Positions 29,616 to 36,634 of a stretch of 64,000 bases of DNA are shown piece after piece. Origin of the DNA: Oscillospiraceae bacterium. Lineage in GTDB: Bacteria; Bacillota; Clostridia; Oscillospirales; CAG-272. The notes under the pieces are model-generated. The model made no database searches. It saw nothing but the letters and a program-made list of their open reading frames with translations, and had not been told where the DNA came from. A program made the translations under genes and the position numbers. How positions within the stretch are numbered: the stretch's first letter is position 1; every line of letters begins with the position of its first letter. The DNA is taken from NCBI GenBank assembly GCA_015064585.1, contig SVRY01000006.1:2209-66208 (forward strand), written 5' to 3'.

Positions 29616-31802
29616 ATGATGTCAACTGAATTTAAAATGCCTCCTGCCGTGATTCTTGCGGGCGGTGAAGGAAAACGGCTTAGACCGCTGACCGCAACAA
29701 CCCCCAAACCGTTGTTGCCAATGTTGGGGGAACCTCTTTTATTCCATATTTTACGGCGTTTAGAATCGATGGGGGTGGAGAGGGCATATTTGATGACCGG
29801 TTATCTTGGCGAAAAAATAAAACAGGCTCTTACACAGTATAGGGGAAAACTAAAGCCTGTTTGTATCCAAGAAGAACAGCCAAAGGGGAGTGCCGGCTGT
29901 CTTACCCTGATTCCCGGCTTGCATACAGAAAAAGAATGTATCGTTGTTAGCGGAGATGCGTATTTTGAATTTGATTTGCGCAGTGCTGTGGCGCTTAAAA
30001 GAGAGAAGGAGGCGGCGGCAGTATTGTGTTTGGCGCGGGCGGAAACTCCGATTGGATTTGGATTGGTGCAGAGTGAGGCGGATGGAAAAATCAAAGGGTT
30101 TATTGAAAAACCGACCTGGTCAAGAGTTCAGAGCGACTTGGTGAATACGGGAATATATATTTTGGGAGAACAGGCGCTTTCTATGATCTCAAAAGCACGA
30201 TTGCCGTTGGATTTTGGCGCAGATGTTTTTCCGGCGTTGTTGCGAAGCGGCGCTTTACTGTACAGTAAAGAAGGGCAGGGGTATTGGTGCGATGTGGGCA
30301 CTCCTACCGCTTATCGCATGTGTAATCTGCGTCTTTCCAAAGGTCAAAATATTTTAGGGCGAGGGGTCAAATTGGCAACCACTGCATCCCTTAGCGAAAG
30401 TGTTTTATTTGATGCAGTCCAAGTTGGAGCGGGGGCTACGGTAAAGTGCAGTGTAATCGGCGAGAATACTATTGTGGGAGAAGGTGCTACGGTGGAGGAA
30501 GATACTACGGTGGGCGCTTCTTGTGTGATTGGTGAACGCAGTTATGTGGGAAACGGTGTTTCTTTGCCTGCGGGTACGATTGTTGCGGCACGTTCTGTTT
30601 TGAAGGCTGATTTCAATATGGAGAAACAAGGACTTTTTACGGATGGTTGTTTGGTCTTGCACCCATTGGGGAATGCCTGTCGTTGCGGCAGACGTGTTGG
30701 CAGAGCATTTGCAGCATGCGCGGGCCAAGATGGGAGTATTGCACTTTTGCGCAGTGAAAAAAAGGGACAATCAGATTTTGTGAAGGGGTTGGCAGAGGGA
30801 ATTCTTGCCGGCGGCATTGGTTTGAAGGATTGCGGGTGGGGATTTCCTGCCATGGCTTCTTTTGCAGCGCAAAGCGGTAAGGCGGTTTATACTCTGTTTT
30901 TGGATGAAACGAAGGATGCAGTAAAAATTTGGATCTTTGATAGAAACGGTTTGTATCCCGATGCTCGTTTTGAAAGAGAGTTTTCTGATAATGCAAGGGA
31001 AACTCCTGCGGAAGCGGAAAGGGCGGGGGAGATATCTACTGTAAAAGAACTCAAGGATCGGTATTGCCTGTCGCTTGGTCTGATGGGAGGAAACACGGGA
31101 TCGCTACAGGGAATCACGGCATATGTCGCCGAAATCGAAAGCCCGGTGGGGGCAGTTCTTGAAAAGGCGCTAAAAATGCAAGGCGCTGCTATTTCGGAGA
31201 AAGCAGATATTTTCTTTTGGCCAAGCGAGGATGGCAGGCGGGTGGACACAACGATATGCGGTGTGCATGCCGGTTGGTGGCAGATTTTTATGGTATTGGC
31301 TCTTGAAACAGCAAAATTGAACGGAATGGTATTTCTTCCGTATTGCTGCCCTGAAATAATTAAGAGAGCGGTGACAGGAGCCGGCGGAAAGATAATACAT
31401 TATATGATGTATCCTGAAAATGATGCCGAAACCAATTTGCGTATGCGGTTGCTCAGAGAACAGCCATGGTTGCAGGACGGGCTTGCCGCTGCCATGATGT
31501 TTTCTTCCATGATCGCTTCCGGCTCTTTGCATGCGGCAGAGCTTACTTCCGTTTGTCGGGAGATGACTGTGAATGAAGTGAATGTTGATGCATGCGATAC
31601 CGATACCAAATTGCGCATGATTGTTTCTCACAAACAGGATTTTGACGGAGAAGGAATGTTGCGCAAATACAGGGAAGGCAATGTGCGTATCATAGCTAAA
31701 TCAGAAGGAGCAATGCATTTGATGGCGGAAGCGGCGGACATGGCAGATGCGGCGGAGCTGATTCGAAAGGCTAAAAAAGAAATTTTAGATTTTGGTGTAT
31801 AA
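29616..31802 (+). CDS. Sugar-phosphate nucleotidyltransferase (mannose-1-P guanylyltransferase-like) with hexapeptide repeats and degenerate phosphomutase-like C-terminus
   Basis: ILAGGEGKRLRPLT..PKPLLP, FIEKP, NTGIYI and YWCDVG motifs; hexapeptide repeats. Confidence 0.85.
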   Translation: MMSTEFKMPPAVILAGGEGKRLRPLTATTPKPLLPMLGEPLLFHILRRLESMGVERAYLMTGYLGEKIKQALTQYRGKLKPVCIQEEQPKGSAGCLTLIPGLHTEKECIVVSGDAYFEFDLRSAVALKREKEAAAVLCLARAETPIGFGLVQSEADGKIKGFIEKPTWSRVQSDLVNTGIYILGEQALSMISKARLPLDFGADVFPALLRSGALLYSKEGQGYWCDVGTPTAYRMCNLRLSKGQNILGRGVKLATTASLSESVLFDAVQVGAGATVKCSVIGENTIVGEGATVEEDTTVGASCVIGERSYVGNGVSLPAGTIVAARSVLKADFNMEKQGLFTDGCLVLHPLGNACRCGRRVGRAFAACAGQDGSIALLRSEKKGQSDFVKGLAEGILAGGIGLKDCGWGFPAMASFAAQSGKAVYTLFLDETKDAVKIWIFDRNGLYPDARFEREFSDNARETPAEAERAGEISTVKELKDRYCLSLGLMGGNTGSLQGITAYVAEIESPVGAVLEKALKMQGAAISEKADIFFWPSEDGRRVDTTICGVHAGWWQIFMVLALETAKLNGMVFLPYCCPEIIKRAVTGAGGKIIHYMMYPENDAETNLRMRLLREQPWLQDGLAAAMMFSSMIASGSLHAAELTSVCREMTVNEVNVDACDTDTKLRMIVSHKQDFDGEGMLRKYREGNVRIIAKSEGAMHLMAEAADMADAAELIRKAKKEILDFGV

Positions 31803-31826
31803 AAACCAAATATTGGGGGAAAGATA
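31797..31826 (+). promoter_or_regulatory. Putative sigma-F promoter of spoIIR
   Basis: GTATA-15nt-GGGAAAGATA resembles the GYATA/GGnnAnnnT consensus; spoIIR is sigma-F dependent in model sporulators. Confidence 0.5.
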
Positions 31827-31859
31827 CGTCAGATCATTAAAAAGAGGTGTAACTAAAAT

Positions 31860-32465
31860 ATGAAAAAAATACTGATACTATGCCTGGGGATCGTAATATT
31901 TTGTTCTGCTATCCTGTTTTTGCCCACTTCGTATGACAGAGCGATTTATGATAAGACCCTGAGATTGCATGTGCTTGCCAATTCGGATTCTGAAGAGGAT
32001 CAAGAAAATAAGTTGGCAGTAAGAGATCGTGTTTTGGAGGTGTTGTCCGAACAAATGCAGGCGTGTACTTCCCGTAGCGAGGCAGAGGGGATGCTTTTAG
32101 AAAAAGAAGAATTGTTGCTGTCAGAATGCAGCGAGGTGCTTTCGGAAAAAGGAAGCAGTCATTCGGTGGCACTGAAGATCACTGAAGAGTACTATCCTAC
32201 CAAGGAGTATGATGATATCGTATTGCCTGCAGGTCGGTATTTGTCCTTGCAGATTTGTATCGGAGAAGCGAAAGGCAGGAATTGGTGGTGTGTATTATAT
32301 CCGCCGGTTTGCATGGGTGCTTGCTCGGCAAAAGAAAAATTACAGGGCGCGGGATTTGAGGAAGAACAAGTAAAACTGGTCAGCGAAGAAAAAGAGATTC
32401 GCTATGCTGTAAAATTCAAGATTTTAGAAACAGTTGGAAAATTTTTTGGCAGTTTGTTTGGATAA
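31860..32465 (+). CDS. spoIIR: Stage II sporulation protein R
   Basis: LRLHVLANSDS.EDQ..KL.VRD, LPAG.Y and G.NWWCVLYPP.C motifs. Confidence 0.97.
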   Translation: MKKILILCLGIVIFCSAILFLPTSYDRAIYDKTLRLHVLANSDSEEDQENKLAVRDRVLEVLSEQMQACTSRSEAEGMLLEKEELLLSECSEVLSEKGSSHSVALKITEEYYPTKEYDDIVLPAGRYLSLQICIGEAKGRNWWCVLYPPVCMGACSAKEKLQGAGFEEEQVKLVSEEKEIRYAVKFKILETVGKFFGSLFG

Positions 32466-32599
32466 AATTTGGGTTTTGATCCATAGGAAGTTTTGAATAA
32501 AAGAAAAGCGTTCGTGATAATAAATCGCGGACGCTTTTTGCCAATTGCCAGGAAACAAAATAAACGATAAAAGTTCACAAGTTTGTCACATATATAATA

Positions 32600-32628
32600 T
32601 TGACATTCTTGCGAGAATATAGTACAAT
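32600..32628 (+). promoter_or_regulatory. Sigma-A promoter of the envelope operon
   Basis: TTGACA (32600)-17 nt-TACAAT (32623). Confidence 0.7.
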
Positions 32629-32635
32629 TACTATT

Positions 32636-33007
32636 ATGGATAATTTTAATGTGTCGGTATTTGTCAAATGGATGACAATGCTTTTAACCCTTGCCGCACT
32701 GTTGTGGATCGGATGCGGTTGTGAAAAACAAAATGATAAATTCCCGGGCGGAGAAAACGGAAATGAGACGTTTTCTTTTTCCGGTGCGGAGCAGACAGAG
32801 GAAGAAGGCTTTGTTTTAAATACTGCCTCTTCTCGTATTCATGTGCCCGATTGCCCATATGCCGAGCGCACTGCCAAGGAAAATCGGCTATGGGTTTCCG
32901 ATGTGAAACAAGCTTTGGCAGAGGGATATGATTTTTGTAAGCATTGTCTTGGGGAAAAGTCCGATGCAGATATAAAAAACGAGGAACAGCAGAATGCAAA
33001 ACAGTAA
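32636..33007 (+). CDS. Small putative lipoprotein with Ada-like Zn-binding domain
   Basis: Hydrophobic signal ending IGCGC; FVLNTASSRIHVPDC...GYDFCKHC (H-x3-C...C-x2-C). Confidence 0.7.
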   Translation: MDNFNVSVFVKWMTMLLTLAALLWIGCGCEKQNDKFPGGENGNETFSFSGAEQTEEEGFVLNTASSRIHVPDCPYAERTAKENRLWVSDVKQALAEGYDFCKHCLGEKSDADIKNEEQQNAKQ

Positions 33008-34418
33008 TAATAAGATGAAAATTAGCGTTTCCGGTATAAAACGTCTTTTGATTTGCGCGGTATCAGTGGTACTGCTTGCGGCATTGGTGATGGGTATTCT
33101 TGTGGCGATCAATGCATACCGCAATAGCGGTAAAGGCATTCGAAATGTGACTGTGTTGAAAAGCGAGCACTTTACGTTAACATTGCCTATGTATACTTAT
33201 TACTATCGTTCCATGGGTGAAGGCGCAGATTATGATCTGGTGGCAATGGCATTGTCAGAGCAAATGGCGCTGTATGAAGCGGCACTGGCTGACAACAACA
33301 GTCTGTCGCAAGAACGGAAAACTGTGTTGGAAGCGCAACTGCAGTCTATTGAGGAGGCTGCTGAAGAAATGGAAGTTTCCTGTGATGAGTATTTGGCAGT
33401 AACCTACGGAAGAGGTGTCAAAATCAGCGATATTCGTTCTTTGCTCACAATGACAGCGCTGGCTGATCAAAAATATGAAATGATTTGGGAATCCATTGCG
33501 GTTTCGGAAAACGAAATGGCGGATTATTGTAAAGAGAATGAAGAGGCATTCCTGTATTGTGATTATTTATTCTATGTATTTTCTGTCCCGTTGACAAAAG
33601 ATATGAACGAGGATGAGCAGGATCAGTTAATTGCACAATATGAAGCCTATGCCAATCGTTTGGCGGAAAGCAAGGATGTGCAGACATTCTTGGATATGGT
33701 GGTGGAATATGAGGAGCAGTTCGTCAAAGAAGAGGATGAAAATGCTTCTTTTACCGAAAATGACATTGCTTCTATCCGTAAGTCGGTAAAATATGAACGC
33801 ATGCCCTACAGTGAATATACAGAGGGGAATGCAATTGTCAAAGAAATCAATCAGTGGCTGTATTCTACCGACCGCACTGTCGGCGATCATATGGTCAATC
33901 CGTATACCAAGCCGGAGAATAATATTGCTACTTTTGGGGTGTATTATATGACCCGTCCACTGTATACCAATACGGATCTGACACACACCTTTTACGATAT
34001 TCAGCTGCTGTTTTCCAAGTATACTGAGTCTGCAGCTGAATCGGGCATCAAGCAGGCAGAAGCGCTCTATAAAAAGAATCCCAATGAAACTACTCTGCAA
34101 GAGCTTGCCAAACAGTATGGAGGCGGTCTTTGCCGGAATGTGGCGTGTACGAACGCTTTGGATGATGCGTTATATACCTGGTTGAAAGAAGAGCGCGCTT
34201 CAGGGGATGTTTTGGTATACAAGAGCTCAGACGGTTGGCACATGGCGTGCTATAAACAAGCAGGTATTCCCGAATGCTATGCGCAGGCAAAGGCAATTTT
34301 GGAAAAAGAAGCTTACGATGCGCAAATGGGAACCTATAGAAAGGCACATGCGGTAACTGTTACCCCGAACAGTTATTACGATCTGCCCGAACTGAATTAC
34401 GGTTGGCTGATGATTTGA
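32994..34418 (+). CDS. Membrane-anchored hypothetical protein, weakly PrsA/SurA foldase-like
   Basis: Single N-terminal TM; helical SurA-N-like segment (YLAVTYGRGV) and two degenerate parvulin-like units ending WL...R..GD. Confidence 0.55.
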   Translation: MQNSNNKMKISVSGIKRLLICAVSVVLLAALVMGILVAINAYRNSGKGIRNVTVLKSEHFTLTLPMYTYYYRSMGEGADYDLVAMALSEQMALYEAALADNNSLSQERKTVLEAQLQSIEEAAEEMEVSCDEYLAVTYGRGVKISDIRSLLTMTALADQKYEMIWESIAVSENEMADYCKENEEAFLYCDYLFYVFSVPLTKDMNEDEQDQLIAQYEAYANRLAESKDVQTFLDMVVEYEEQFVKEEDENASFTENDIASIRKSVKYERMPYSEYTEGNAIVKEINQWLYSTDRTVGDHMVNPYTKPENNIATFGVYYMTRPLYTNTDLTHTFYDIQLLFSKYTESAAESGIKQAEALYKKNPNETTLQELAKQYGGGLCRNVACTNALDDALYTWLKEERASGDVLVYKSSDGWHMACYKQAGIPECYAQAKAILEKEAYDAQMGTYRKAHAVTVTPNSYYDLPELNYGWLMI

Positions 34419-34430
34419 TGAGGTTTGGAT

Positions 34431-35369
34431 ATGAATAGAATCCCGCAGAATGATCCCGGTTTTTTGGCATTTCAAAGAAAACTGAGATCTGAAAACAGAA
34501 AAAGACGGTGGAAACGTACAGCAGTTATTTCAGCGGTTGTGGTGCTTATTCTTGGATTGTTGGCAGGTGGAGTGATTTGGATTTACCGTTCTGCTGATAT
34601 ACCAAATGCAGAACCTAACGACGCTCCTTTGCATGAAACACCAAATGACACCCCCTCTCTTGAAACAGGCGATGGGGGAGATGAGAATAATCAACCTCCC
34701 AGCACGAGTACACCTTCCAATGATGATCCCGTGGATCCTCCGAATGATCGCGATGACGGCAAAACCGTTGTATATATAGATGCAGGACACGGGTTTGCCA
34801 ATTCCTACGGTGTTGCGGACAAAGGTGCGGGTGACGGTACCCCCTATCACGAGCTGACAGGTAAGCATGAAAGCGATCTGAATCTGGATGTGGCTTTTAA
34901 GTTGAAAGAGCTGCTTTTGGAAAAGGGATATGAAGTAATCATGATGCGGGAAGGCGAGAGCGCCGAGCATGTAACGGTTAACGACCGTGTAAACAGAGTA
35001 AACAATTCAATCGCTGATATTTTTGTTTCGATCCACGCGAACAGTAGTGATACGCCCACTGCTAGCGGTGCGCGCTTATATTATAGCACTCTGAATGTGG
35101 CTGCCATGAAATGTCAGAAATACGCAAGCGTTATGGCGGATGCTTTGAATGCCACCGAAGGAGCGTCACTGAAAAAGGTAAATGTGTTTACCGACAGACC
35201 GGACGTTGCTGTAATCAAAGGTATTAGAATTCCCACGGTTCTTGTTGAAACATGCTTTATGACCAGTGCAGAAGATGCTGCTTTGGCAGCGACCGAGGAA
35301 TGGACTGTGGCAATGGCCACAGGTATTTGTCTTGGTATTGAAAACTACTTGGCACAGACTGCCGGCTGA
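34431..35369 (+). CDS. N-acetylmuramoyl-L-alanine amidase (Amidase_3), TM-anchored
   Basis: YIDAGHG, ESDLNL, FVSIHAN and VLVETCF Zn/catalytic motifs; Pro/Asp-rich linker. Confidence 0.92.
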   Translation: MNRIPQNDPGFLAFQRKLRSENRKRRWKRTAVISAVVVLILGLLAGGVIWIYRSADIPNAEPNDAPLHETPNDTPSLETGDGGDENNQPPSTSTPSNDDPVDPPNDRDDGKTVVYIDAGHGFANSYGVADKGAGDGTPYHELTGKHESDLNLDVAFKLKELLLEKGYEVIMMREGESAEHVTVNDRVNRVNNSIADIFVSIHANSSDTPTASGARLYYSTLNVAAMKCQKYASVMADALNATEGASLKKVNVFTDRPDVAVIKGIRIPTVLVETCFMTSAEDAALAATEEWTVAMATGICLGIENYLAQTAG

Positions 35370-35388
35370 CGGGGTGGAAGGAGTCAGA

Positions 35389-36615
35389 ATGCAAAATAAA
35401 GTTAGATATCTTTCTCTTTTCTGTGTATTTTGTTTTATTATCAGTGCGGTTTTCATGCTTTCCGGATGCGGTTCCGGAAAAAATTCTGCGGCTGACGATA
35501 AAGTTATGTTTTCGGTTTTGCTGCGGGACAGCGAGAGAGGAACACATTATCAGTTTGATATTAAACGTTCGGAGTGCTCGGCTACACAAGCATCTGTTTT
35601 GGACAGACTGGAAAATTCAGGTATGCGAATTGCGGTGTCTGTTTCGAAATCCCCCGACCAAATGACCGATAATGAGCGTCAAAAGCTGATTTCGGCAATT
35701 ATTGAGGAATATCGAAGAATAGAAAACGAAGAAAATAAGAATAATGGAAGTACTGTTACACCGGAAGATCCCACTCCCGGTATGGATCCGATGAAAGAGC
35801 CGGTTACACTCTCGTTGTCAGACGCGGAAAGCGGAGCGACCTATTCATTTACGTTTGACGCAAGCGAACTCAGCGATGAAGATAAGGCGTTGATCACTGC
35901 GCAGATTGAAAGCGGAACGCTTATAATGGATATCCAAGAAGATCCTGCAGAGATGACCGAAATACAAAAGCAAGATTTGTTGGCAAAGATTATTTCCATA
36001 CTCAGTTATGTGCCGCCTGAGCCCATTGCAACGGTGCTGATCGATGCAGGCCATGGGTTTGCCAATTCGGAAGGCGTGATTGACAAAGGAACCGGCCACG
36101 GATCTCCGTACTATGATTTAACAGGAAAGTATGAAAGCGATCTGAACCTTGCGATTGCATTGTGCTTGAAAGAAAAACTGATCGATGCGGGTTTTGCAGT
36201 GATTATGATCCGCGAAAGTGAGGTTTTTGAGACGCTGGGTATCAATGACCGTGTGCGCCGTATCAATGCACTTGGGGCGGATATTATGATTTCGGTACAT
36301 GGAAATGCGGCAGGTGCTACCGCAAGCGGTGCTCGCGTATACTGGAACAGAAAGAACAGACATGCCGAAATATGTGAAGCATATGCCCAAACAGTGACTG
36401 ATGCCATTAACAGTGTGGAAGGAACCACTTTGGTGGAGGCAAAAATGTATGAAGGTGACTATGCAGTGGTGCGCGATGTACATATTCCGTCTGTTCTTGT
36501 GGAAACCTGTTTTTTGACCAACCAAGCAGATGCGCAAATGGCAAGCGATCCAATTTGGGTCGAACGTATGGCGGACGCTTTGTGTCTTGGCCTTCAAAAT
36601 CAATACGCAAGTTGA
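35389..36615 (+). CDS. N-acetylmuramoyl-L-alanine amidase lipoprotein with two N-terminal repeat domains
   Basis: Lipobox LSGC; LIDAGHG, ESDLNL, ISVHGN and VLVETCFLTN motifs. Confidence 0.92.
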   Translation: MQNKVRYLSLFCVFCFIISAVFMLSGCGSGKNSAADDKVMFSVLLRDSERGTHYQFDIKRSECSATQASVLDRLENSGMRIAVSVSKSPDQMTDNERQKLISAIIEEYRRIENEENKNNGSTVTPEDPTPGMDPMKEPVTLSLSDAESGATYSFTFDASELSDEDKALITAQIESGTLIMDIQEDPAEMTEIQKQDLLAKIISILSYVPPEPIATVLIDAGHGFANSEGVIDKGTGHGSPYYDLTGKYESDLNLAIALCLKEKLIDAGFAVIMIRESEVFETLGINDRVRRINALGADIMISVHGNAAGATASGARVYWNRKNRHAEICEAYAQTVTDAINSVEGTTLVEAKMYEGDYAVVRDVHIPSVLVETCFLTNQADAQMASDPIWVERMADALCLGLQNQYAS

Positions 36616-36634
36616 TGAGAAATGAGGTGTGCGT

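Noticed and set aside
35266-35388. Upstream start of the second amidase (449 aa in the ORF track)
   Set aside because: Overlaps the previous gene; ATG 35389 has an SD (AAGGAG) and yields a proper lipoprotein signal.
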